From Curvularia clavata (lineage: Eukaryota): DNA of 64,000 bases. This document shows, piece by piece, positions 11,177-23,106 of this stretch. A program made the translations under genes and the position numbers. Each line of letters begins with the position of its first letter. Within the stretch, counting starts at the first letter, position 1. The stretch spans positions 310,001-374,000 of the forward strand of contig CP089279.1 of the NCBI GenBank assembly GCA_023920165.1. Direction: 5' to 3'. The notes beneath the pieces are model-generated. The model did no database searches, was not told where the DNA came from, and was given only the letters and a program-made list of their open reading frames with translations.

Positions 11177-14100
11177 TCAACTGACACCATGTTCCAATAA
11201 CAGCTTCATACTTCTATTCCAACGTCCACGATCGAAAAGGTCTGGGTGGTGATCTTTCTGTGCCATCTCTGCTGCATGCTGCAGCGCTGTTTTTCCAGAC
11301 GCGTCCTTTGCATCTATCTTAATGCCGACAACATGGAGAAGATAATGCAACGACTCTTTGGTAATAGATCCACTTATCGCAGAACAGTGCAATATCGTCT
11401 TGCCTTGCAAGTCTTTTTGTGTTAGATCGACACCGTGTTCCCTCAGGATCTCCAAAACTTGAACGCTGCATCGCCAAGGTAGAGTGCATAAGTGTCCTAG
11501 GTTTTGTCCGTTTTTGTCAATGAACAAAGAGCTTCCTTTGATAGAAAGCAATTGTTGACATATTTTGACATCTGGTTCACCCCGGGCTTGTTTGAAGTAG
11601 CCCGCCAACGGTGTGTTGCCAGATGCGTCCAACTCTGAACCATCCGCCCCATTGTCGAGCAGCAACCGGATTGTCTCCTGCCGTATTTCACTTTTCGCAG
11701 ATAGCAAGTGGTGGAGCAAGTTTCTACCCCGATTATCCTTCGACGCCACTAGGCTTGGTCTTGTTGTCACAGCCGTTTCTAGAAGAATGTTGATTGTTTC
11801 ATAGTTTCCACTTTGTGCAGCGTAGTGAAGAGCATTGAGCCCCTCATCGTCCGTCAAGGCAGGCTCAACTCCTAAGGAAATTAGAACAGCGACCGCGTCG
11901 TGGTCGCCAGCTCGACTGGCAAGGTGCAGTGCGTTTTGCTGCTTCAAGTTCCTTTCGAACGGATTTGCTCCTCTAGATACTAGCTTCTGGAGTATCGACA
12001 CACTTCCAGGTTGTCTATACTGAATGCAGTGCAAAGGATGCTCATATTGATAGTCTCTGATCGTCAGACTGATCCTAGCATCTGCGAGCAGAGCATCAAG
12101 CACACCTTCGCGATGCGTTGCTATTTTTGCAGAAACTGCATCGATTTCGTCTTCTTCTTCAAAGTCTATGAAGTCCCGAATGCTTTCTATCTTGCAGTCC
12201 GGGTCGGCCCAATCGTCTTGACATATTGGTCCATGCAGGGTTTGACGCAACGCAAGATGGATCGGGGACTCGTTGTATCTGGACAAAGCATTCGGATCAG
12301 CGCCACGCTCTAGGAGGAACTTGGTCATGGATAAATTGCCAGTCAAGGCTGCAAAGTGTAAGGGTGTCAGGCCAGCTGAAAGGCCCGAAATGTCGGACGC
12401 GGATTCCAAACCCGATGATCGGTGAAAGGTGTCGGTCTTTACTGTGTTCCGAGACCTCGACTTTCGATAGACACCGGCATCAATGGACATACCATTGTCA
12501 AGAAGCAATTCTATTATAGATTTGTGGCTGTGCTTGACGCAGTAAAGCAGTGGGGTCATGTTGTTGATATCGGTCGTGTCTGCTGGAGCGCCTCGTGAGA
12601 GCAGAAGGTCGATCAGACTCAGGGTGCAATGCATGCTGTTGATAGCATGATGCAAAACACTCTTTCCCTGGATATCGTGTCGCGAGACATCGGCGCCGTT
12701 CATGAGCAGGAGCTCGACAATAGCTGTATGGTTCTCAGCTGCAGCCGCATGGAGAGCGTTGCCGTATAATCCACCCTGCTTATTAATGTTGGCACCATTA
12801 TCAAGGAGCAGCTGCACTATTGCCTGGTGGCCTTTAGCTGAAGCTGTCTGGAGTGCGTTGTTGTATAATCCACCCTGTTTGTTGATATCGGCACCATTAT
12901 CAAGGAGCAGCTGCACTATTGCCTGGTGGCCTTTAGCTGAAGCTGTCTGGAGTGCGTTGCTGTGTGATCCACCCAGCGCATTGACGTCGGCGCCTGCATT
13001 GAGGAGCAGCTGTACTATTGCTTGGTGGTCTTCAGCTGAAGCTGCCTGCAGCGCGTTGCCGTGTGATCCACCCAGCGCGTTGACGTCGGCGCCTGCATCG
13101 AGCTGCAGCTTCACAATCCTTTTCAAGCCTAACAGGCTTGCATAATACAATGGTAATGGTATGTATTGCAGGCTCCTCTGGAAGTCGGAGTCCCCCCATG
13201 GATATTCGGGATCATGAATTCGAAGCCAGTTCAAATACGCGTCGTTCTTTTCTGAAAGCAGGATTGTCGCCTCTTGAGAGCACCATTCTGCCTGATCCTT
13301 CGTATTTTGAACATGCTGTATCCAGAACCTGGCTGAGTAATCTGCCAGCCTAGATTCTTTTGCATTGTCGTGGCTGAGCATCTTGACACCCTGGAACTGG
13401 AGAAGGTATCCAAGACAACTTCTCGCAATAGCGTCATGGCACACAGTATGTTGCATGCTGTAGCGAGCTGCGGAGCCTGTCTGTATTCTGTCTGAGATGA
13501 GATACTCTTTGACCGAGTAATGTGCAAGCGCCACAATCTGTTTTACTGGATCTTGTCCTCCGCTCTCTTCTGTAGTTATAGTAACCATGCTAGAACAGAT
13601 GCTCAACACATCCAGCGGATCTTCGAGAACCTCATCACAATCGAATCTGGCTTCACCATCCAAATTGACCGCAACGACTTCAGCGACTTCGTCTACTGAT
13701 AGCGGCCGAACTGCAAACGTTAGCCATCGTAGAATAGGAATGGCATATTTCGAATCATCCTCGCTGATTGCGGACAGAATGCGGTCATATGTGTTGTCCA
13801 GCGTTGGTGGAAGCGTTACAAGTGCTCTTCGTAGCGCTGCCCGAGTACGACATTTCCCCAACGTGTCCAGCTGGCAGACGGCCCATCGAAACCTGCAGGT
13901 ACCATCAGTCTTCGGTGTTTAAGCGAACATAAGGCGGTATACGTACATTCCTTGCGCTCCTTTCATAAGAGTAGTCTCGATATCCTGCCTAAGGGCAGGG
14001 TCTTTTTTCCACCTGCTCAGGTCTTTGTCATCATATAGTCGCTGCTGTACGTATTTCTGTATGTCTTTGTCTACTAGTTTACTCTGGAGGCAGATTTTAT

Positions 14101-15232
14101 CCTGTTTGTGTATAAACTTCTCTAAAGAACTCTGTATATCTCGTTCTTTGCGACTCGTTAGGAGCGTGTGTGAATTCTCAAGCTGCCAGGCTGACATCGT
14201 CTCCAGGATGTCCATCAGCTCCGCCCTCCCATAACACTCGTCAAGCGCATCAAATACTATGTAGACGAATGGGAACCCCCGCATCATATGTTGCAGCACT
14301 TCTAAGAGCGCGTGCAGTGAGGGCTGCCGCTGCCCATTGTCGCAAGAAGAAAACAACGTGTCGAGGCTCGCAGGGATTTCAACGCACTGTTGTGAAAGCT
14401 GGCAGATTACGGAGCGCACCATGAGCTCAGCATTTTGCTTCTGTTTATCGTTGAAATCAAAGAAGAAGTATGCGACGACCTTGGCAGGGTCACCTTCGCA
14501 GTGCTGAAGGATATTTTGGAGAATAGCTGAGCTGAGGATAGTTTTGCCACACCCTGGAATGCCATACAACCAAAGGAACGATACCATGCTTTTCTTCCAT
14601 TCGGCATACTGGTCGCTTTCCAGAAACCAAAGCCCAGTGTCGTCTTGGCGTTGCTTAAGCGCTTTTTGGTAGTTCGTAGAAGGATCTGGTGGGGCTAGCC
14701 ACTCGCGTATCTTGATGAGTTTCGCATCTGCGCATTACGATCAGTTGGAGTTACACAGGCCTCTTATCAGTCATTTACCTTTTAGTGGTTCTAAGGTAGA
14801 TGATATGGCAATGCGGTAAAATATTAGCATCTTAAGGTGGCTCCGCAAGATTTTTGTAATGTTTTCGACTTTGTCTTCCCGCAGCAGACTTCCTATGGCC
14901 TTCTTGCTCTTTGACAACCACTTGTCACCGGCACTCGGCAGCGTCTCCGCGATGATAGCTTTTAGTTTCGCTATCTGTTCGTGACAATCACTGACTATCG
15001 ATAGCAGAGCAGCTTCGACTTTGGAATCTGCTGGGTTTGCCTCCAGATTCTGGCAAATTCTCTCTAGTGTGGCGCATAGAACAGGCAGTGCATCGCTGAT
15101 AGGATGAAGAAATTTTGGCCGTTCTCCTACAAGAGAATGGAACTCATTAAGGCGAGAGATGACTTTGGCGGTGAAATCAACGAGCTGAACTATACTGGCG
15201 ACAGCCCCGACAGTAGCGAGACCTTCGGCCAT
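11177..15232 (-). CDS. Fungal NLR-like protein: SesA/HeLo-like N-terminus, NACHT, ankyrin repeats
   Basis: N-terminus MAEGLATVGAVASIVQLVDF. NACHT motifs WLAPPDPSTNY, TGLWFL, GIPGCGKT (Walker A), VFDALDEC (Walker B), LLTSR and GMFRWAVCQL. Many ankyrin repeats follow. Introns 14728-14778 and 13893-13946 join three ORFs in frame. Confidence 0.92.
12761..13110 (-). repeat. 99-bp tandem repeats (~3.5 units) encoding highly similar ankyrin repeats
   Basis: Units start at about 12761, 12860, 12959 and 13058. Units 1 and 2 share an identical stretch ggcaccattatcaaggagcagc...ggagtgcgtt. Confidence 0.9.
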
Positions 15233-15394
15233 TCTGCGTAGCCTGACCTATCCGCACGACCCTGGTGGGCCACAGGAGAGCGAAGCTAAGGTGCTTATAG
15301 ATGGAAATAATAATCCGAGGAAGTAATTTAACTCATAAGGTGCAATAGAAGTGCGCGTAGTGAGGTTTTGTCTGGTGAAGAAAGCGACGACGTT

Positions 15395-15433
15395 GAAGGC
15401 TGAAGCAAGGCTGAAGGCACAAGGCTGAAGCAA
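15395..15433. repeat. Short degenerate tandem repeat (aaggctgaagc) upstream of the NLR
   Basis: Reads gaaggctgaagcaaggctgaaggcacaaggctgaagcaa. Confidence 0.6.
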
Positions 15434-15539
15434 TGTTCAAGCGACTGCACTTCTCGGCACTCACGTGGCGGACTCAACTGTATAAGTGCACGTGACAAAA
15501 AATCACCATAATCCTCCTAATCAGTTCTGACGCTACGGA

Positions 15540-16640
15540 TATGCTTAGAAGCGTATCTGTAGTTGGGATAGCGTGCGTTGATACTATGTTATACAGCAGG
15601 TGCGCTAACACAAGCTCTACCCTAACAATAACTTCTCCACTCATCTCTAGTCTCTCTCATCACCTTACGGTATACAAGTCTCAATCCCTACACCTACCCT
15701 CTCGCGATCCATCTCATGACCAAAACAAACTAGTCACTACATATCTTTGCCTATCGCTCTCAAAATTTCCCTCTAATCCAACACCACACTCTTCACCCTC
15801 ACCTAGTTTCTCTTACATCTCACCCAACCAACTTGCAGCACACAAACCTTAGTCACTGCACTTCCTCACTAGCAATCCATCCCATAAATAAGGTAGACTA
15901 CTCCTTACATAGTCTCTATCTAGCATTTGTACAGCATCATATCCGAACACGTACTTTACCACAAGCTTGCAGATAACACTATTCCACCAAAACCAAGTGT
16001 CTACCACGTATGTGGATATATTCCCGAAGAAGCTGGTGAAATGTTACCGAGATGCAGGTGAGGAGGGTTGCATGTGTATTTCAACTTTCAGAACCCCTCT
16101 GACTACTTCTAGTATCTTTATATGATCATCCGAAATCCAGCAACAAGCGCCTGTTGTCAGGTTCTCATCAAGTACAATATAGTCTGAACTGTTTTTAGAT
16201 CCAACTTTTACTACCTCTTTCCCCTGCCTTGTTTTCGTGATTTCAAGTGTGAGTCTGATGTTACCCTTAAATTAGATAGGCTTATTAGTTCTATGCTGAG
16301 TATGCTGCAGTGTTGTGTCGATGGGTATGACTGGAAGAGACGAATGGAACTCGGGACTTGGGGGCCTGGCCATGTATGGCTGTAGGGCTGACTGTAGGGT
16401 ACAGATCGGGAGTTACGGGAAAAAGATAAAATAAGGTGGGTATAGAGCTAGACTGTTAAAAACAACTAAAGCCACAGCTACGCAGAGAAGAACTGTTTCA
16501 ACAGGTTAGTAACAACGCAGCTTTAGTGAAGACATGTAATGTAACAAGCTAATAGTTTAGCTTCTAGTATTTCTACTATCGTAGTTCGTTCTCTTATACA
16601 AGAGTTCATAAAAAAAGACTTAGTTATTCAAAAGAGAAAA
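15540..16640. other. AT/TpA-rich degenerate relic, possibly RIP-mutated repeat DNA
   Basis: Abundant TA/TAG/CTA, especially at 16440-16630, and no credible ORF. Judged by eye only. Confidence 0.4.
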
Positions 16641-16713
16641 AAAAGTGCTATGCATGCGCATACGTCAAAATCATCTACGCTACCAATCAATCATCTAGTT
16701 CAACAGGACCAAA

Positions 16714-17971
16714 TTAGGCCACTCTCTTGAACCCAACCGTCAAGGCGCCGGCAATGGCGAGCGTAGCCAAAGGCATCCACTCTTTTAGATGCTTTGAAAC
16801 CAGTCCTTGGTGACCCATGGACGACACTGCGATCATGATGACGAGTAGAAATTCTACTAGGACAAAGGTGCATAAATAGCGCAGACGAGAGGTCTTCTTG
16901 ATGGAGAATGTAGTAAAGGCAACAACTAAGAGCGCGGATAGACTCCAGAAGCCGTATACAAGCCAGTATAGGACGGGGTGGGCGCTTGTCTCGTCGTTGT
17001 TAAAGACTGAGATGGCCAGGCCTGTTCCTATGCCGAGTGTGTTGGAGATGGGTAGGCCCCATGTTGTCGATACGTGATGAGTAGCGGCTTGAGTAATTGG
17101 GAGCAGGGCAAATACGCCGAGGAAGGCGAGCGTTGCGGAGTTGAAGCGACGTAGTTGCATGCGGGGACCGTCATAATCTCTCAAGACTGGATTGGAGAAT
17201 GCTCTGTATCGCGCCGATGATGCTTTCTGGAAGTGGTTCATGAGGAACTTCTCATGGCCAGTGGGCTTCACAAGTCCGTCGTATAGCCGCTTAAATGCCG
17301 CTCGCGGACCCTTGTCGACCTGCAAGAACTGTATGCCCACCTGCCATGCGAGCCCTTCTACCTTGCCTGCTGCTGCCATGATAGAAGCCTCCGCATTGTC
17401 GGTTGGCTCGCCATCGATGATGGTGATGACATTGGGCGGCTTGGTGAAACCAGGAGTATTCATGTAGCGCTCGAGGTAGGAGGTGATCTTCTGGCCGGTC
17501 GAAGTTGCGCCGCTGGGGCGCACGTTCTTGAAGATTTCAGCTACAGTTTCGGTGGAAGCGATGTCCTTGTAGTGTGAGGAGGAGTCACGATGGTTCAGGA
17601 AGTAGACGTCAATGCCATCTTCGTCGTGCGTGGTGCAGATCGGAATAACATCTTCAAGGGCCTTTCCAACCTCTGCCCATGAGCGGCCGGCCATAGATCC
17701 GCCATCATCAACGATGAAGATGGTGTCGAAGGTCTTCAGGAAAGCATAAGGATCGTTGTCTGAAGATTCAAGACATGCGGGGGGAGTGGCACATGCGAGG
17801 GGAGTGGCTGGGTTCTCAGATTCGAGAGTCGAGACTTTGGCTCGTTTCTGAGCGAATGGATGGTACAGTTCGTACGCGATAAGGTCGGCATATTGGCTAG
17901 CTGTTTCTGGACACAGGAAACATTGTCAGCTCGTGTTGAGGCCAAAGGAAAACGGTGCTTCACTTACGCAT
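16714..17971 (-). CDS. Degenerate vWA domain fused to a C-terminal multi-TM domain
   Basis: ATG-C first exon (17971-17968) and intron 17967-17907 (GTAAGT...CTGAC...CCAG) put 'DPYAFLKTFDTIFIVDDGGSMAGRSW' in frame with the 326-aa ORF. vWA motifs DGIDVYFLN, IIDGEPTD and GIQFLQV are followed by about 5 hydrophobic segments. Confidence 0.75.
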
Positions 17972-18287
17972 GGCAGCGAGCTAATGACCCCAACTTGAGA
18001 GCCTTGCGGACGGGTTTTGCTGGGGCAAGGAGACCTTGAGGAGAGATTTGCTGCTGTCACGCACGGTGAAGGGTGTATTGGGTGTTGTTGATTGCGAACT
18101 GTACGTGGGGTGAAATTGATTTCGTGTACAGCGGAAGTTTGAAGGACCAAGGATGTTGAGGCGGTGCAGTCGATGTGTATAGCTTGGCGGCGACTAGGCC
18201 CCTCAGCTCAGCCTTAACCCTCCATCAACCATCTGATATACGATCACTCTCTTACCGACACAATATCAGCATCGAAGCAAGCACCGT

Positions 18288-18909
18288 ATGCCTTCATTAT
18301 TCTTCCCCAGAATCGACGAGATGTCGAAGAGGTCACTAGAGTTTGAACAACAGTCCGATATGTTGGCAGTGTACCTATGGGTCCGAAACAGTTTTGCGAT
18401 TGGTACAGCGACAGCGGCCAGCTTGGTCATAAACCGATACCAAGGTGCGGTGATATCACAAAGACCAAGGGCCGAGCAGCGCCCATCAAGGGCGGCATCT
18501 AGTTTTGGGTCATGGTTACTCTCCGATCACTTCTCGTGGTCTAGCGAGTCTGAACAATCAGTCAGTATGCTCCGAGGTAATCAGAACTAGGCTTACATAT
18601 GAATAGCAACTGGATCGCCTCCTAAAAACCATTCCAGACCCTGGCCCAGTCCATCTTGTGGTAGCTTGCTTAGCCTACAGCATCGCGATCAACGTCTTCT
18701 ATCACACCCACAAAAGGGACAGATATCAGCTCGGAATAGCCGCATGCGGGACACTCAGCACACTGGCTGTAGGATGGGCATCGAAAGAGGATACACAGAA
18801 TGTAGTCACAGGCCTGGGTCTGTGGGCGGTCGTAGCGTCGCTGCTGTTGAGCGCTGCCTTTCATAGGTTGCTGCGAGATTATGGCGGAGAGGCGAGGATT
18901 AGTTTGTGA
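18288..18909 (+). CDS. Hypothetical ~191-aa multi-pass membrane protein
   Basis: The two ORFs (18288 and 18658) join in frame via intron 18561-18606 (GTCAGT...ATAG). About 4 hydrophobic segments. Confidence 0.65.
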
Positions 18910-19683
18910 TGGAAGGAACTTTTCCCGTTCAATCGAGGGACGAGGCGAGCCATATTCCGGTCACTGTATGGTTGTGCGTTTGTTGTAGTTTTTTGAGGTG
19001 TTTTTAGACGAAGCATCCTTCGATCTAAATATCAACGGACTCTTGGCTGTGAGCTAGACGAGGTTTACCTTCCGTAATAGTCCCATCAGCAAATCCAGCA
19101 CCCCGGTCATGTATTCAAATTTACTCTTTAAATGTATACGATTGAACCTGCAATATTCACACCCGATCTTCCGGTGCGAGAGCGCTTCATAAGAATCGCT
19201 TATCCTTTATCTCACTATGCACCCTGTCTCCGTGCACCCTTTTCCTCTCAAATGCACAAATCGCATGGTCCTTCCACCTCAAATCTGTACTGCAATGATC
19301 TCAGGGTTCTAGACGAAGCGGATATCAGGCTGTACTTATCTTTCTGTAACTCTAGCTCTACATACCTAGCTCTATAGCTAAGCACTAGTCTATGTTCACT
19401 CGTATAATCATGCCCATTGATACAACACAGCAGGACAGACCCATCCAAGCCAAGGGCACATCAGACTCACACTGAGAATTGAAAAAAGAAAAGCGTTCAG
19501 CGACAAAGAAAGATTATTGTACATATTTGTCTAAAAAAAATCTCCGCCAGGTACACACATACCCCCACCCATACCCATTTCCCACCCTATCTTCCGTTTC
19601 CCTTTCCTTTGTGGGCAACAACAAAAAGGAAACGGAAGTGAAAAGAAAGCAAAGAGACGAATCTCAAGCCATCAGAACATCGT

Positions 19684-22118
19684 CTAATCCGTAATCCTCC
19701 AGCTATCCAACCACTTGAGATGTCTCCACTGGCTACTCGGACCCACCATACCGAACGAGATAGCCCTGAAGAGCCAGTAGAGGCCAATAATGGCCACATA
19801 CAGGATAGCAAAAATACCCCACTGCACGGTTCTCGGCAGCTTCCTTGTTCCAAAGTCCAGACAGAAGCCCATGACGAGAATGGCGAACCAGAGAGCAGGG
19901 TAGTAGTGGTGGACGTATGTGACACGGCCCATGGCTACAAAGGGGACGTAGTGCAGGAACCAGCCGATGATGGGGTACATGCCGGCGTAGTGGATTTGGT
20001 CGATTTCCCATTGGCTGAGGTCCTTGTAGCCACGTTGCCAGCGGATGAGGTAGAAGGCAACGATGAGGACGAAGACGCCGAGGGAGGCTGTGCTACCCCA
20101 GTAGATGAGGGGGTTACCGAGCAAGAAGTATTTGACGACTATGAGGATGTTAGAAAATGTTTTGAACAAAATAAGAAACAACGTGTAAAACTTACTGTCG
20201 TCGTTCCAGCCGCACATGCGAAGACCAACGTGGAGAATGGGCCACTGCCAGAAGCTGGATGCAAGATCATCCTGCTTGTCAGGATCAGGCACAAGCGCGT
20301 TGTTAGAAGTCATCATGGCAACGTTGAGGTGGATAAAGTCTTGGAGGAAAGGTGACTTGTAGTCGCCGGGGTTGCCTGGTGGCAGTCTCTCGTTGACGTG
20401 GCTCTCAATGTTCCAGTGTGTGTATACGTCACGTGGATTGTTTGCCTTAACACAGGTTGTTTCGATTTGCTTGAAACCCCACTGAGGCAAGTTGACGTTG
20501 CCAGCACGGAGGTAACAGCCAAGATCCTTGTGTCGGAGACGGAAGGCCGTTGTGAGCGTGCGGATCTTCGAGTAATCCCGAGAAGCAGCGTCACGGACAA
20601 CTTCAATTACCCAGTGATCCTTAGTGTCTCCAACAGTTGTGTTGCCATAGCAAGAAACTTCCCAGTCAGCCTTGGTAACAGGAGCCGCGACTGAGTGCGA
20701 GTGAAGGTTACGACCGGTCTGGGCGTGGATCAGACGAATGACATCGCCATTTCCGGGGTATCGAAGCGGCTCATCCACCTCGTATGGGACTTCGTGGCGG
20801 TTGGGATAGAAGAACCAGTCGTTATTGGCGTCCTTGTGGTGGTAGCAAGTAACCTGTTGCTGTGTAGAGCCCTCGGGGTACGTCTGAACGTGAGAGTGCA
20901 GCAGTCCACCTCCGTATCCCATGTTCTTCAAGGTCGCACGAGAGCCAAACGCAACCTCCAATGGACTATCTTTGCCAACTGCGGTTCCCCTCAAATTTGC
21001 TTGGAAGAGGGAGCTCATCTGGGCATCACCGGGTCCGCTGTTTTCAAGGATCAGGAAGTGCAGGTAGAAAGAGAACATGTAAACGGCGAGCGGAATGAGG
21101 ATAAGACTGAATACTCGGAACGCAAGGTGCATGGCGAGCTCGACCTAAGATTATTAGCCTGACTCAAAAGATAATGTTTCGCGTCACATACCTTGGGCAT
21201 CTTCAAGTCGCCAAACTTGTGCCAGAGGTCCTCGGCCGTGTAAAGTCCGACCAAGGCCGTGACGAAGAAACCAACCCACTTAACACTGCATACACATCCA
21301 ATCGAGACACCGGTCAACATCAGCCACAGACCCCACTCAGGAGAGAATGGGTCGTGTCGCTGGCGGTGGAACTTGGACCAACAGAAGACAGTGGTGAAGG
21401 TGAAGCATAGAAGCATGGAGTCGAGAAGAATGAAGCGACTGATGGTGGTGTATGAGTTCTCGCAAAGAACAGCCAACGTGATGAACCACACAGTAGGCCT
21501 GCGGAATTCCAATTCCTTTGCGGTAAAGTATGCCAGCGGAATGCAGACGGCTCCAAAAGCCGAGTTGAAGAGGCGCATGAAGGTGTAGTTCAACTCCGGT
21601 GGGTATGTCTCTCCTGACTTGAACTCGAACGAACCATTGTATCCTGCGAGGTATCCAGATAGACCGACGAGCATTTTACCGAGGGGTGGGTGGACATCGA
21701 AATAGAACTCGCGCTTGAGGTAGTGCGAACCGAACTTGCCAAAGCTGCTTGTAGTCAGTATCTGGTTCGCAAGCGGAGCAGCGGGTATGCGTACTGAGCC
21801 TCATCCCATGTCACAATTGGCGACAAGCCAATCTTGTACATGCGCGTGAAGAATGCGAAGAAGGTGAAGATCAGAGGGGCCCAAATAAACTCGTACTCGT
21901 CGAGCACCGAGATGACACTGAAAGGCTATTGAGGGGATTAGCAATCAGATCCTGCCAGATGCTGTATGCACAAGAGCGCGTACCTTCTCTTTCGACTTCT
22001 CCCTGACTGGCACCTTTAGGCTTGGTGGAGCCTGGGCATCTTGTTGCGATGCTACATTCCTCCTCCGTAGCTCGTCGGCATGCGCATCAGCGCCCGTTGC
22101 GTGGGCGGTTGACGCCAT
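19684..22118 (-). CDS. PMT2: Dolichyl-phosphate-mannose-protein O-mannosyltransferase, PMT2 subfamily
   Basis: Motifs [40 protein letters not shown] and SVKWVG. MIR domains ([22 protein letters not shown]) and YVHHYYPAL. Several introns. Confidence 0.93.
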
Positions 22119-22501
22119 TGTAGTGAGTGTCTACTCGGTATCCGGTCGATGGGAGATATCGTCGCGGCTTAGTCTAGGAGAATGAAAAGGGATTCGTGGC
22201 TTCAAGACGAATTTGGGGGGTAAACGAATAGTCGGTACCACAGGAGCTTGCGCGACCGCTCGGTGCAGCCGTACGCAACGCAGGTGGATGCGGGGAAAAG
22301 GCAATCAGATTAAAAGAGGCCTTTGGCCGTAGAAGAAAACCCCAAAGCCTCTGGGAAGAAAAGGGCATAAACTGCTCAAAGAAGAAAAGGTGGATGGACC
22401 AGACTGGCCGCTGCAGAATCGAGGAGGTGGGCTGTCCCGAATTAGATCTACGAGTAAGGGAGCTAGAGCCGGGCGCCGCGCGACACCTGTTCACTCAGCC
22501 C

Positions 22502-22509
22502 GTCACGTG
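22502..22509. promoter_or_regulatory. GTCACGTG E-box (CDEI-like bHLH site) upstream of PMT2
   Basis: Exact GTCACGTG about 390 nt upstream of the ATG. Function not shown. Confidence 0.3.
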
Positions 22510-23106
22510 AAAGCCACCATCCGAATCCTGCCAGGCGTCCCAGACTGGTAAACACCAATTGCTGTTACTATGTTACCAACACTGTTCTATGGAGTGAATG
22601 AGTGGTTCAGCGGCACTTTAGGGGTGGGACAAACATGGCACATGCGCACGTCACCAAACTCAATCCCAGTCGTGATCGAAGCTAGGGTCAGCCTGCAGAG
22701 GAGTTCGATTGAGGAGAATGCGTCTGATGTATCGCCTTGAACAACGTTTGTATTCTACCGGGCGTTGGTGCGATATAATATAGGGTGGAGAAAAGACGAC
22801 CAGCCTTCTGGAGCACAATTCTATAAAGAAGGCTTCATGCGAAGCATGTCTAATGAAACATGACATTGCGGAGAATCCTCTTGACGAGATTCTAATTGAC
22901 AAAATTTCTACCCTGATTGGGCCGTAGACGAGAGAAAGATGAACGCCCTGACAATGCTTTACACACTCTATCAACCCAAAACACTCATTTGTCGAGCCGC
23001 TTGCTCGAGGTATTGTAACAATGCCGTAGTCGGCGCCCGCTGCAACATGCAGATACATGCATGGAAAATGCGAAATGGGGTACATTTGCACCGGTGCAGG
23101 GGCCGT

